From Parcubacteria group bacterium Gr01-1014_20 (lineage in GTDB: Bacteria > Patescibacteriota > Minisyncoccia > UBA6257 > 2-01-FULL-56-20): 64,000 bases of DNA. Positions 1-9,023 of this stretch are shown here, piece after piece; within the stretch, counting starts at the first letter, position 1, and each line of letters starts with the position of its first letter. Location: assembly GCA_007376265.1 (NCBI GenBank), contig VMFW01000006.1, positions 10,930 to 74,929 on the forward strand, in the 5' to 3' direction. The notes under the pieces were generated by a model, which worked only from the letters and a program-made list of their open reading frames with translations, was not told the origin of the DNA and did not search any database. Made by a program: the position numbers and the translations under genes.

Positions 1-1273
1 CAGCCGTGAATTCCTTCTCACTCATTTTTTCCACAGCTCCAAGGGATTTTAAAAGGCTTGTTTCGACTTCGGGAAGAGTTTCATCTTTCCATTTTAGCAG
101 TTTCGCTTCGTAGTCGGGTAACTCGAAAAAAAGACTGGTTTGAGGAATAAAGTCATTGATTGTTTTAAGACGATTTTTTTCGATTTCGATTAGTTTTAAC
201 AGAAATTCTTTTTCTGCGAGTATGTTTTTTTTCTTCAATTCGGCGCTTAAGATACTAAAGAGTTCTTGGTTAGAAAGATTTTTTATGTGTTGGCTGTTTA
301 GCCAAGTGAGCTTTTCAGGGCTGAAAACCGCGCCCGATTTCTGAATTTTCTTGATGTCGAATTTTTCGGTCATTTCCTGAAGATTCATCACCTCTTCATC
401 GCCTTCTGGGTGCCAGCCCAAGAGGGCCATAAAATTTAGTAAGGCGCTGGAGAGATAGCCTTTTTCCCGATAATCGAGGAGGGAGGTTTCGGCGTAGCGT
501 TTTGACAGTTTGCTTCGATCGGCAGCCAGGATGAGGGGCAGGTGGGCGTAAATCGGAGTTTCAAAATCCAACGCTTTTTGCATGAGGATTTGTTTGGGGG
601 TGTTTGAAAGATGGTCCTCACCTCTTATGACGTGAGATATTTTCATTTCTTCATCGTCAACAACAACCGCGAAGTTATAGAGTGGGGTTTCGAGGTTTTT
701 GGCGATTACCATGTCGCCGAAAAGTGACCCGTCAAAAATAACTTTTCCCCGAACCAAATCGGTGAATTCTATTTTTGTTTCTGAGGTTACGAACCGAATG
801 ACTTGTGGTTCGCGGTCACTCTTTGGGTTAATTTGGTTACGACAGTGACCGTTGTATTTCGGAGAAAGGCCTTCGGCGATCATAGCTTGGCGTTCGGCCT
901 CCAGTTCTTCTTTAGTGCAGTAACAGTAATAAGCTTTTTTTTCGTCCAGTAACTTTTGGAGGTATTTTTTGTAGACTTCGATTCTTTCGCTTTGTCGGTA
1001 AGAACCAAATTCACCTAAATAACTGTCTTGATTCAGAATGGGACCCTCGTCCCAGGTGAGGCCAAGCCATTTTAGGCCTTCCTGAATTTCCTTCTCGAAT
1101 TTCTTTTCTGACCTTTCTTTGTCGGTATCTTCTAGTCTTAATATGAATTTGCCGTTATTTTGCCGAGCAAAAAGCCAGTTAAAAAGAGCCGTACGCGCGG
1201 TGCCGATATGAAGTGATCCGGTTGGCGAGGGCGCCAAACGGACCCGGACGGGCTTTTTTGGGCCGGGATTCAT
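1..1273 (-). CDS. gltX: glutamate--tRNA ligase (GluRS), C-terminally truncated by the window edge
   Basis: The ORF runs off the left edge, so it is absent from the ORF track. Minus-strand translation from the ATG at 1273 gives MNPGPKKPVRVRLAPSPTGSLHIGTARTALFNWLFAR, with the class-I HIGH motif at the expected position. About 424 codons are present. Confidence 0.85.
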   Translation of the reverse strand, partial: MNPGPKKPVRVRLAPSPTGSLHIGTARTALFNWLFARQNNGKFILRLEDTDKERSEKKFEKEIQEGLKWLGLTWDEGPILNQDSYLGEFGSYRQSERIEVYKKYLQKLLDEKKAYYCYCTKEELEAERQAMIAEGLSPKYNGHCRNQINPKSDREPQVIRFVTSETKIEFTDLVRGKVIFDGSLFGDMVIAKNLETPLYNFAVVVDDEEMKISHVIRGEDHLSNTPKQILMQKALDFETPIYAHLPLILAADRSKLSKRYAETSLLDYREKGYLSSALLNFMALLGWHPEGDEEVMNLQEMTEKFDIKKIQKSGAVFSPEKLTWLNSQHIKNLSNQELFSILSAELKKKNILAEKEFLLKLIEIEKNRLKTINDFIPQTSLFFELPDYEAKLLKWKDETLPEVETSLLKSLGAVEKMSEKEFTA

Positions 1274-1363
1274 AGTGTATGATTTTAACACGTTTCCATT
1301 GATTTTTTAAGGATTTTTACTTATTTTGTATGGAGAACATTTAAACCGAAGGGGAGGCGGAAG

Positions 1364-1792
1364 TTGAGATCAATTAAACTGGTTGGGTGGTTAGTTCTGG
1401 TTTTGGTAATGGCTCTAGGCGTAGTTTTTGCAGAAGGAAAGACCGCCCAGATTATTAAGCCCGACTCTGGGTCTTTAGATACTACGCGGCAAGTGGTTTC
1501 TGGTTACCCGACCTACGCTACCGTTGAGTCAGAGAGTGTTTTCGTGGAAATTCCTAAACCGGAAGTGAATTTTAACAAGCCTAAGGTTTTAGAGATGGCT
1601 TGTCCGGTTTGTGATAGTTGTTACCCGATCGACTTGGGGGTGGGGATGTGTACGGCAGTGTACTCACCGAATCCCTGCGTTAATAGTTGCGGTTTTAGAT
1701 TCCAATGTCGGCGAACCGACGAAGAGTTCACGATTCAGATGAATGAGTGCGACAGAATTAAATGGGGTTTTTGGAAGAGGTCGGAAGAATAA
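1364..1792 (+). CDS. small secreted cysteine-rich hypothetical protein (signal peptide, about 13 Cys in the C-terminal half)
   Basis: TTG start at 1364 preceded by GGGGAGG 6 nt upstream. Hydrophobic N-terminus LVGWLVLVLVMALGVVFA. Cys-rich tail CPVCDSCYP...CVNSCGFRFQC. A hairpin terminator follows. Confidence 0.5.
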   Translation: MRSIKLVGWLVLVLVMALGVVFAEGKTAQIIKPDSGSLDTTRQVVSGYPTYATVESESVFVEIPKPEVNFNKPKVLEMACPVCDSCYPIDLGVGMCTAVYSPNPCVNSCGFRFQCRRTDEEFTIQMNECDRIKWGFWKRSEE

Positions 1793-1796
1793 ATTT

Positions 1797-1826
1797 AAAG
1801 CAGCTCTCACGAGCTGCTTTTTTGTT
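1797..1826. terminator. intrinsic terminator hairpin, bidirectional, between convergent genes
   Basis: AAAGCAGCTC-tcac-GAGCTGCTTTTTTGTT: a 9-bp stem with an A-run on one side and a T-run on the other, lying between the stop of the 1364-1792 ORF and the stop of murG. Confidence 0.6.
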
Positions 1827-2973
1827 ACTGCGACAGTTTGAGAATTTCTTCGGCTATGGATTTAGCCGCGCCAGTTTTATAGAATCTTTTTGAAGCGATG
1901 GCCATGCGGCTGAGGCTGTTTTTGTCTTTGAGAAGGGTTTGAATTTGGTTGAGAAAAATATGGGGCAAAAGGTTTTCTTCTTCAATTACTACTCCCCCGC
2001 CGTTTTTGGTAAACTCGAAAGCATTCATTTTTTGATGGTCGTTAGCGGATTCTTGGAGAGGGATGAGAATGGCTGGTTTGCCGAAGGCGGCGATTTCAAA
2101 AATAGTGCCGCTTCCGGCTCGAGAGACAATTAGATCGGCAGCCGTGAGGGCGTATTTAAGATCATTTTCTAGAAACGGAACGATTTGATAGCGGTGTTTA
2201 ATTTCCTCCTGGAGGGTAGTTTCACTCAAGGCGGCTCGAGATAATTTTTTGGCTTCGTTAAAATTGGCTGACCCAGCTTGGTGAAGGATTTGGGTGTCTT
2301 TGATCAGATCAGCCAAGTTGGTGATGAGAAATTCGTTCAGCCGAGTTGACCCCTGCGAACCGCCCAGGATCAAAAGGAGGGGTTCTTCTGGGTTGAACTG
2401 GAGTTGTTCTTTTGCAGAATTTTGATCCATTCGGAATTCGTCCAAGTCGCTTCTGATCGGTGAGCCAACCCAAGCGGTTTTTTGTTGGTCGAAATACTGA
2501 CTGGCTTTTTCAAAACTAACGGCAACTCTTTTTGAAAACTTTGCAGACAAGAGATTGGTGACGCCAGGGATGGCGTCGGATTCATGAATAATAACGGGTA
2601 TTCTAAAAAACCAACTGGCAAAAACCACCGGGAAACCTCCAGTTCCTCCCTTCGAGAAGGTAACGTCCGGCATTAGCCAAAAGGTTTTTAAGATGGCTTG
2701 AAAAATGCTGATGACGAATTTGGGCCCATCAAGTAGATTGGCAAAAGAAAAGTAACGACGAACTTTGGCTCCGAAGATTGGGATAATTTTTAAATCACCT
2801 ACGCCCAGGAGTAGGTTATTGAATTCGTCCTTTGGGCCCATGTAGGAGAGTTCTAGGCTAAGGTTATTCGCTGCCGCAATTTTTTTGATTTCCTCGATAA
2901 CGGCGATGAGTGGGTAAATGTGTCCGCCGCTTCCCCCGCCGGCAAAAAGTATTTTTAGGTTGGTGTTGTTCAT
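1825..2973 (-). CDS. murG: UDP-N-acetylglucosamine--N-acetylmuramyl-(pentapeptide) pyrophosphoryl-undecaprenol N-acetylglucosamine transferase
   Basis: N-terminal KILFAGGGSGGHIYPLIAV, a GT28 fold, 382 aa. Overlaps ftsW by 4 bp. Confidence 0.9.
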   Translation of the reverse strand: MNNTNLKILFAGGGSGGHIYPLIAVIEEIKKIAAANNLSLELSYMGPKDEFNNLLLGVGDLKIIPIFGAKVRRYFSFANLLDGPKFVISIFQAILKTFWLMPDVTFSKGGTGGFPVVFASWFFRIPVIIHESDAIPGVTNLLSAKFSKRVAVSFEKASQYFDQQKTAWVGSPIRSDLDEFRMDQNSAKEQLQFNPEEPLLLILGGSQGSTRLNEFLITNLADLIKDTQILHQAGSANFNEAKKLSRAALSETTLQEEIKHRYQIVPFLENDLKYALTAADLIVSRAGSGTIFEIAAFGKPAILIPLQESANDHQKMNAFEFTKNGGGVVIEEENLLPHIFLNQIQTLLKDKNSLSRMAIASKRFYKTGAAKSIAEEILKLSQ

Positions 2974-4076
2974 TTTTTCGTGTATTTTGAAATGTTCAAA
3001 GCTACACCGCCTATCGTGAGGAAAACTGCTAGAGCGGTTCCGCCGTAACTTATGAAAGGAAGCGGGACACCAGTTAACGGGAAAACTCCAGAGATAGCGC
3101 CAATGTTGATTATGGATTGAATACCAATGACGCTTCCGAACCCAACAAGAATTAGTTGGCCAAATTTGTCCCGCAAATTTTTTGCCAACCAGAACAGTCT
3201 GATGGTGAGAGCGGCAAAAACGGCGATAAGACTCCCGGAACCAATGAACCCCAACTCTTCGGCAGTTACCGCGAAGATAGAATCATCGATCGGGGCTGGT
3301 AAGAAGCTGGTTTTAGTTCGAGAGTTTCCATAGCCAACTCCCGTGATACCGCCAGAACCAATAGCGATTTGGGCTTCGTTTATGTGGTAACTCGAACCCA
3401 AGGAATCGCTCCTGGGGCTAAAAAAAGTTTTGACTCTTTCTAGTCGGTAAGGCGTTAAGTAGATTATAAGACCGATGCCTAAAATGGCCAAACCAAAAAC
3501 GGCGAGCAAAAATTTGACCTTGGCTTCACCAAGAAAATAAACGACGAGGGCAGTGCCGATTAAGATCGCGACCATGCTGGTTGCGGGTTGCAGGAGAAGC
3601 AAGCTGGCGATAACGCCAATAATGACTAGAAACGGAATGAATCCCGACCAAAAGTTTTTTTCGCGATTATTCTTAGGATTGCTTAGCCAGGCGGCTAAAT
3701 AGATGACAAAAGTTAGTTTAAGAATTTCAGCTGGTTGAAAGCTTACGGGACCGATTTTTAGCCATCGGGTCGCTCCGCCAGTTTTTACGCCAAGGCTCGT
3801 GAAAACCAAGGCAAGCAGGACTAGGCTAAGTATTAGAAGTGGCAAAGCGAAGCGTTTATAAGCCTGGTAGTTTATCTTGAAAGCTATCAAGAACCCTATA
3901 ATGCCGATAAATAAGCCATTTATGGCTTGATGTTTTAAGTAGTAGTAGCTGTCATTGAACTTTATTTTCCCGAGTTCCGAGGAGGCGCTTGAGAGCATAA
4001 CTAAACCAAAAAGCGCTAGGCTTATGATGAGGGCCATTAGGAAATAATCTGGGTGGTGCCCGGACTTCGAGAACAT
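2970..4076 (-). CDS. ftsW: SEDS-family peptidoglycan glycosyltransferase (FtsW/RodA)
   Basis: 368 aa polytopic membrane protein with SEDS-type motifs (GxxxDxSxFAVxxEELG-like) and a C-terminal PLPFISYGG. Sits immediately upstream of murG, the classic ftsW-murG arrangement. Confidence 0.8.
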   Translation of the reverse strand: MFSKSGHHPDYFLMALIISLALFGLVMLSSASSELGKIKFNDSYYYLKHQAINGLFIGIIGFLIAFKINYQAYKRFALPLLILSLVLLALVFTSLGVKTGGATRWLKIGPVSFQPAEILKLTFVIYLAAWLSNPKNNREKNFWSGFIPFLVIIGVIASLLLLQPATSMVAILIGTALVVYFLGEAKVKFLLAVFGLAILGIGLIIYLTPYRLERVKTFFSPRSDSLGSSYHINEAQIAIGSGGITGVGYGNSRTKTSFLPAPIDDSIFAVTAEELGFIGSGSLIAVFAALTIRLFWLAKNLRDKFGQLILVGFGSVIGIQSIINIGAISGVFPLTGVPLPFISYGGTALAVFLTIGGVALNISKYTKK

Positions 4077-4116
4077 TAGTTTATTTCAGGAACCATGGGG
4101 CTTAGGTTTTTCTCGC

Positions 4117-5625
4117 TTAAGCTTTGTGCCTCAATATTTTGCCAGAACGGAGGCCGGTGTATTCTCCATTTTCGACGGCTACTTGACCGTTTACGATTAC
4201 AAAGTTAACTCGATTGTCACGAAATCCCACCAGGTCCGCAAAGTAACCCTCTTTTACCACTCCCCTTCCAGCGAGGCCAAGTTTTTTCGCGGGAGTCGAA
4301 GTTATTTTTCGGATAGCAGTTTCCAGATCTAGGATATTTTCCTCCTCCACCAGAGATAGGAATTTTGGAAAGGCGGAGACGGCTCGATCTGGTTTCATAG
4401 TTTTGATTCGGTTATTCGGAGCAATACTCGCTGCGTTTGAGACCACTAATGACCGATTGCTTTTCACGGCTTTTTTCAAGAGGTCACGGTTTATATTTTG
4501 GTAATAAATTGTGGCTTGGAGTTTAGTTGAGATCATTAGTTTCAGTAGTGATTCCTTGTAACTTTTAAGCGAATAAAGTTTTTTGATTTCGTTTAGGGTG
4601 TAACCTACCAACGAATCATTTCCAGGAGCTTGGGCAACTAGAAAATCTGACGGTTTAACTTCCGGCAGGTCCTTTAAGATTTTTGATCTCAGCCATTCGT
4701 CCTCTAGGCTCAAATTCATGACCTTCAGATTGTCTTTTTGCGCCCAGCTCGGAAGGAAGGTGTAGAGTTTGAGGATTCTCTTGTTGGATGGGTAAACGCT
4801 AAAGTGAAAATCAATTTTTTCATCCAGAGCATTTATGTTTTCCAGAGTTTTTTCGTAAGCGGTTTCATAGTTTTCGGTTGGGATAAGATGGCTCACGATT
4901 GTTTTGACCCCCGTTTCTTTGGAGAGTTTTATGGTTTCCTCCATGGATTCGAGGAGGCCATCGCTATCATTCCGCAGGTGGGTGGAATAGATGCCGTCCA
5001 GATTTTTTACGACGGTGGCCAGCGCTTTAATTTCGGCGTATGGGGTATCTTTGGTTTGGGCGTAGCCAAGACCCGTTGAAAGGCCAAAGCCGCCTTCTTG
5101 AAGCGCTCGTTTTAGCGTTTCTCCAAAAACATTAAGTTCGTTTTTTGTGAGAGTTCTCGGGGGTTTGCCGATGAGCGCTTCACGGATGGTACTGTGTCCA
5201 ATCAGGGTGCCAAAGTTTACCCCTAACGGTTTTTTGTCCATCAGGCGGAGAAACTCGTTAACCGAATGCCAGTCAACGTTGATCTCTCTCGTGTCTGTCC
5301 ATTCCTCGACGGATTCAAGACTGCCGTAGATTAGGGGGGCAAGAGAAGCGCCGCATAGACCACCGATGATCGTGGTTATCCCCTGTTTTAGGAAGTCGAC
5401 TTGGCTAGGGTTAGAGAAAAGACTTAGGTAGTGGTCAGACTCGGTATGGAGATCGATGAAGCCAGCGGAGAGATAGGCTCCCTGTCCGTCTATGATTTTG
5501 TCAGCGGTTTTTCCTGGAAAGCGACCGAGAGCAGTAATTTTATCACCGCTTACGAAGACATCGAGTTTGTCAGGGAGTTTTTGGTCGAAACCGACGATTT
5601 GAACGTTTTTTATTAAAAGAGTCAT
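4117..5625 (-). CDS. amidohydrolase-superfamily protein, N-acyl-D-amino-acid deacylase (D-aminoacylase)-like
   Basis: N-terminal IKNVQIVGFD...IDGQGAYLSAGFIDLHTESDHYL matches the metal-dependent amidohydrolase/D-aminoacylase signature. 502 aa. Confidence 0.55.
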   Translation of the reverse strand: MTLLIKNVQIVGFDQKLPDKLDVFVSGDKITALGRFPGKTADKIIDGQGAYLSAGFIDLHTESDHYLSLFSNPSQVDFLKQGITTIIGGLCGASLAPLIYGSLESVEEWTDTREINVDWHSVNEFLRLMDKKPLGVNFGTLIGHSTIREALIGKPPRTLTKNELNVFGETLKRALQEGGFGLSTGLGYAQTKDTPYAEIKALATVVKNLDGIYSTHLRNDSDGLLESMEETIKLSKETGVKTIVSHLIPTENYETAYEKTLENINALDEKIDFHFSVYPSNKRILKLYTFLPSWAQKDNLKVMNLSLEDEWLRSKILKDLPEVKPSDFLVAQAPGNDSLVGYTLNEIKKLYSLKSYKESLLKLMISTKLQATIYYQNINRDLLKKAVKSNRSLVVSNAASIAPNNRIKTMKPDRAVSAFPKFLSLVEEENILDLETAIRKITSTPAKKLGLAGRGVVKEGYFADLVGFRDNRVNFVIVNGQVAVENGEYTGLRSGKILRHKA

Positions 5626-5720
5626 GAATCATGAAGCATGAAACACATGTAAGTCTACGTTAATTATAGAACATTGGTTGATAAATAATAATGGCCGTTT
5701 CGAGTGAAACGGCCACAAAA

Positions 5721-6014
5721 CTACACTTTTGGTTTTAGGGATTGGTGGATACCTAGTCCAAGGAGTCCTAAGCCTCCTGATGAGAGAAGTCCGCCTAGGA
5801 TGATATTCAAAAGCGGGGGTTTTGCCGATAAAAACGGCGCGAGGCTTGTGATCAAGCCCAATAAAGCCAGAACAGCTCCGGTCAGCATAGTGTCCAGGTT
5901 ATCGGTTTGGACTGCCCGGCCTTTTTTTAGAAACGCGATCAGGAGTTTAAGGATGAGTAGGGAGCTAAGCGCGATGAGGGTCAACTTTAAAGCGCTGTCG
6001 GTGGTTTCTAACAT
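5721..6014 (-). CDS. small Gly/Leu-rich membrane protein, hypothetical
   Basis: 97 aa. GGGGGA RBS 6 nt upstream of the ATG. A 9-bp hairpin with a U-rich tail (5693-5714) sits immediately downstream. The competing plus-strand ORF 5704-6051 has no such signals and a non-protein-like composition. Confidence 0.5.
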
Positions 6015-6068
6015 TCACGTCCCCCTTTCGGTTAAATATGAACTGTTTTAAATATTGAAGGAAATGAT

Positions 6069-6932
6069 TTATTTGTCAATTTGGGCCGAAAAAAATTTCA
6101 AGCGGCTGTCCTCCGCGACGGTTTTTATGGTGCCATCTCGATCGGTTCTTAAAACTTTGAGGATGTCGGTTTTACCGAGTCGGGCGAGAGTTTCTTCGGT
6201 TGGATGGCCGTAGCGGTTATCCCCTACTTCGATAACGGCAATCTCAGGGTTAACATTTTTTAGGAACTCGTCACTTGAAGAATATTTTGAACCATGATGA
6301 GGAATTTTCAAGATGTCGGCTTTGAGGGCTGGGCCAAATTTTTGAACTAAATATTTCTCTAAATTTTGTCCGATATCGCCGGTTAGAAGAATTTTTAGAT
6401 TTCCGGTTTCGATTTTAGTTACAAGCGAGGTGTCGTTCAACTCGCCGCTTTGAATAAAGTTTTGATCGGGCGAGAGAATGTTAATTTTATTTTGCGCATT
6501 TTTAATTTTATCACCGGCAGTCAAAATAATAACCGGAATTTTCTTTTCCTTAATTTTGGCGATTAAATTTTCCCACTCCCTTAGTTCGACGCCACGTCCG
6601 TTAACAATGAAGGCGCCGACTTCGTAGCGCTCCAGGATTTCGTTAAAGCCATTGAAGTGGTCAAGTTGGGGGTGGGTAATGACGGCTAGATCTATGTAGC
6701 GATCGGTTTCGCCTAGGACTTTTTCGAGCTCAACCGTGACTTTTTTGGATGGTCCGGCGTCGGTCAAAATTTGAACACCCGTTGGAAATTGGACAAGAGT
6801 CGAGTCTCCCTGGCCGACGTCTAGAAAATATATTTTTGGCGAACCAGAACGATCTAAAAAAATTATTTGTTGCCAGACTAATAAATCTAGGCCGACCAGA
6901 GCCAAAAAGATTACCCAGCTAAGATTTTTCAT
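6069..6932 (-). CDS. comEC: ComEC C-terminal-like metallo-beta-lactamase domain protein (separate ORF)
   Basis: N-terminal TM helix, then YFLDVGQGDSTLV and HHGSKYSSS, which are MBL motifs typical of the ComEC/Rec2 C-terminus. Overlaps the upstream ORF by 14 bp. Confidence 0.75.
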   Translation of the reverse strand: MKNLSWVIFLALVGLDLLVWQQIIFLDRSGSPKIYFLDVGQGDSTLVQFPTGVQILTDAGPSKKVTVELEKVLGETDRYIDLAVITHPQLDHFNGFNEILERYEVGAFIVNGRGVELREWENLIAKIKEKKIPVIILTAGDKIKNAQNKINILSPDQNFIQSGELNDTSLVTKIETGNLKILLTGDIGQNLEKYLVQKFGPALKADILKIPHHGSKYSSSDEFLKNVNPEIAVIEVGDNRYGHPTEETLARLGKTDILKVLRTDRDGTIKTVAEDSRLKFFSAQIDK

Positions 6933-8370
6933 GATTTTTTAAAACAAGCGCTAGTAAGAACCCGTAGTAAATTATAAAGACAATGCTGTGATTTAGAAAC
7001 TGACTACCAGGAAGCGGTAGGTAAATCAACGAAAAAATTTTGATGACCGCAAGCTGATAAAAAGCAAGAAGGCTGAGTAATTGGGCAACGAAAAATCCCA
7101 AGAGGAATGAAATCGAACTTAGGGCTGACAGCAAGAACCCTAAAAACATTGTGAAGGGAATAGTAAGCAAGATGAAGGTGTTCGCGAAAATAGCGCTTAA
7201 AGAAAACTGATTGAAGTTCAAAATGAGGATTGGGATTACGGCGAGCTGAGCGGCGACGGTGGTTACGCCATTTTCTTGCCAGGCCAGGAAACTTTCCTCT
7301 TTCTTGTCTTTTACCCGAAGTAGTTTTTTTAAAACTGGCTCAAGGTAAACAATTCCAAGGAGACTTAGGAACGAGAGCTGAAAACCAATGTCAAAAGCCA
7401 AGACTCCGGGGTTAACTAGAACCATCACGAGGGCGGTTAGGATAATGATATGAAGGGTATCGTGGACCCGACCGATATGTCCGGCTAGCAAGATAAGAGA
7501 GCCCATAATGGCGGCTCGAACTACCGAAGCTTCACCACCGACCATAATGACAAAAAGAAAAATTAGTCCAAGGGTAATGTAGAATCGTTTCTGACGCGAG
7601 ACGAGTTTTTTTAGCGAGCGTTCAATGGCTAGGGCTAAAATGGCGATGTTGTATCCGGAGAGAGCTACAATGTGAGTCACTCCGCTTCTAGCCATATCCG
7701 TTTTCAATTTTTCAGTGAACTCGGATTTTTCGCCAAAGGTGATACCGGCCACCAGCGCGGCTTTGTCTCGACTAAGTTGTTTTTTGAATTGGCCGATGAG
7801 GTGGTTTTTTAGGCCGTAAAGTTGGGTTTTTAACCAATGGCCCTGATTTTTAGCTTGCACCTCAATTTTCGGGAAGAATGAAATGGGAGGCTGGTTTTTA
7901 AATTGGCTTTTTTCGATTTTGCCATCGAGTTTTACGATGTCGCCGTAATCAAAACGAATCAAGGCATCTGTAAGGACGGTAATTCTTCCATGTTCTGGAG
8001 CTTGGAGTTCGACAGTGAGTTTTTGGTAAGTTTCTTTTTCCTCGGGGTTTTTAGTGAGAACTCCGATTACGATTGATTTCTCGCTTATGGGTATATTTTC
8101 AGCGCGGTTGGTAAAATTAAAAAAGAAATAAAAATAGAAAAACCCAAGAATGAGAAACACAACGCTCCCGACAAAAAACATTCCCGCGCTTGGAAGGATA
8201 CGGGGATGTTTGCTGTTTTCTCCGATATTAATTTTAAAAAACCCTCGTAGAGTAAAAAGCCCAATTAGAAAAACTAAAGAGGTTAAATAAAAATTCCACC
8301 CACTTGAGGCCGCAAAAATACCTAGTAAAAAACTTAGCCCCCAATAGGTGACTTTTTGCCGAGTCGCCAT
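6919..8370 (-). CDS. comEC: ComEC/Rec2 N-terminal part (DUF4131 plus competence domain), polytopic membrane protein
   Basis: 483 aa with many TM helices and the competence-domain pattern (…[14 protein letters not shown]…). Directly upstream of, and overlapping, the MBL-domain ORF. Confidence 0.75.
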   Translation of the reverse strand: MATRQKVTYWGLSFLLGIFAASSGWNFYLTSLVFLIGLFTLRGFFKINIGENSKHPRILPSAGMFFVGSVVFLILGFFYFYFFFNFTNRAENIPISEKSIVIGVLTKNPEEKETYQKLTVELQAPEHGRITVLTDALIRFDYGDIVKLDGKIEKSQFKNQPPISFFPKIEVQAKNQGHWLKTQLYGLKNHLIGQFKKQLSRDKAALVAGITFGEKSEFTEKLKTDMARSGVTHIVALSGYNIAILALAIERSLKKLVSRQKRFYITLGLIFLFVIMVGGEASVVRAAIMGSLILLAGHIGRVHDTLHIIILTALVMVLVNPGVLAFDIGFQLSFLSLLGIVYLEPVLKKLLRVKDKKEESFLAWQENGVTTVAAQLAVIPILILNFNQFSLSAIFANTFILLTIPFTMFLGFLLSALSSISFLLGFFVAQLLSLLAFYQLAVIKIFSLIYLPLPGSQFLNHSIVFIIYYGFLLALVLKNHEKS

Positions 8371-9023
8371 TCCTGGATTTTTTTATGATTGCCGGATAGG
8401 AGGATAGGTGGAACTTTCCAGCCCACGCCTTTTCCGGGTTTAAATTCTGCCGGTTTGGTGTAGGTTTGATACGAACCTTTGACTTCTTCAAGGGACTCAT
8501 ATTTACCCAAAAAACCGGGTAGATAACGGCTAACGGCTTCGATTAAGACCATAGCTGGTAGTTCACCGCCGGACAAGACATAGTCCCCGATTGAAATTTC
8601 CTCATCGGCGATGTGGCTTGACACTCTTTCATCGACACCTTCGTAGCGACCACAAATTAAAATTAGTTGACTATGTTTCGCTAAGCGCTTAGCGGTAAAA
8701 CTATCCAATTTTTTGCCTCGAATTGAAAAGAGGATGGTTCTCGAGTTGAGGCTTTTTTTGATTTTTTTTATTGCTTTGTAGATGGGCTCAACTTTTAAAA
8801 CCATTCCCGGGCCGCCGCCAAAGGGAGAGTCGTCGACTTTTTTGTGTCGGTCGGAACTGTACTTGCGAAGGTCGTGGGTTTTTACTTTTATCAACCGAGT
8901 TTTAAGAGCGCGAGCAAGCATGGATTCGTTGAGGTAAGAATCCAGGATTTTGGGGAAGATAGTGAGGATATCAAAGCTAACCCTATGTCTCTTCAAAGTT
9001 GCTTTCTTTTTTTTCAGTTCCAT
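8334..9023 (-). CDS. trmD: tRNA (guanine37-N1)-methyltransferase
   Basis: [18 protein letters not shown]…[11 protein letters not shown]…[23 protein letters not shown] are TrmD SPOUT motifs. The ORF extends to 9107, but the conserved N-terminus begins at the internal ATG at 9023 (MELKKKK). Confidence 0.85.
   Translation of the reverse strand: MELKKKKATLKRHRVSFDILTIFPKILDSYLNESMLARALKTRLIKVKTHDLRKYSSDRHKKVDDSPFGGGPGMVLKVEPIYKAIKKIKKSLNSRTILFSIRGKKLDSFTAKRLAKHSQLILICGRYEGVDERVSSHIADEEISIGDYVLSGGELPAMVLIEAVSRYLPGFLGKYESLEEVKGSYQTYTKPAEFKPGKGVGWKVPPILLSGNHKKIQEWRLGKKSPIGG

Noticed and set aside
5704-6051. 115-aa plus-strand ORF overlapping the 97-aa minus-strand ORF
   Set aside because: It has no RBS, and its Arg/Ser/Pro-rich composition is typical of an antisense frame. 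The minus-strand ORF has a GGGGGA RBS and a hairpin terminator.
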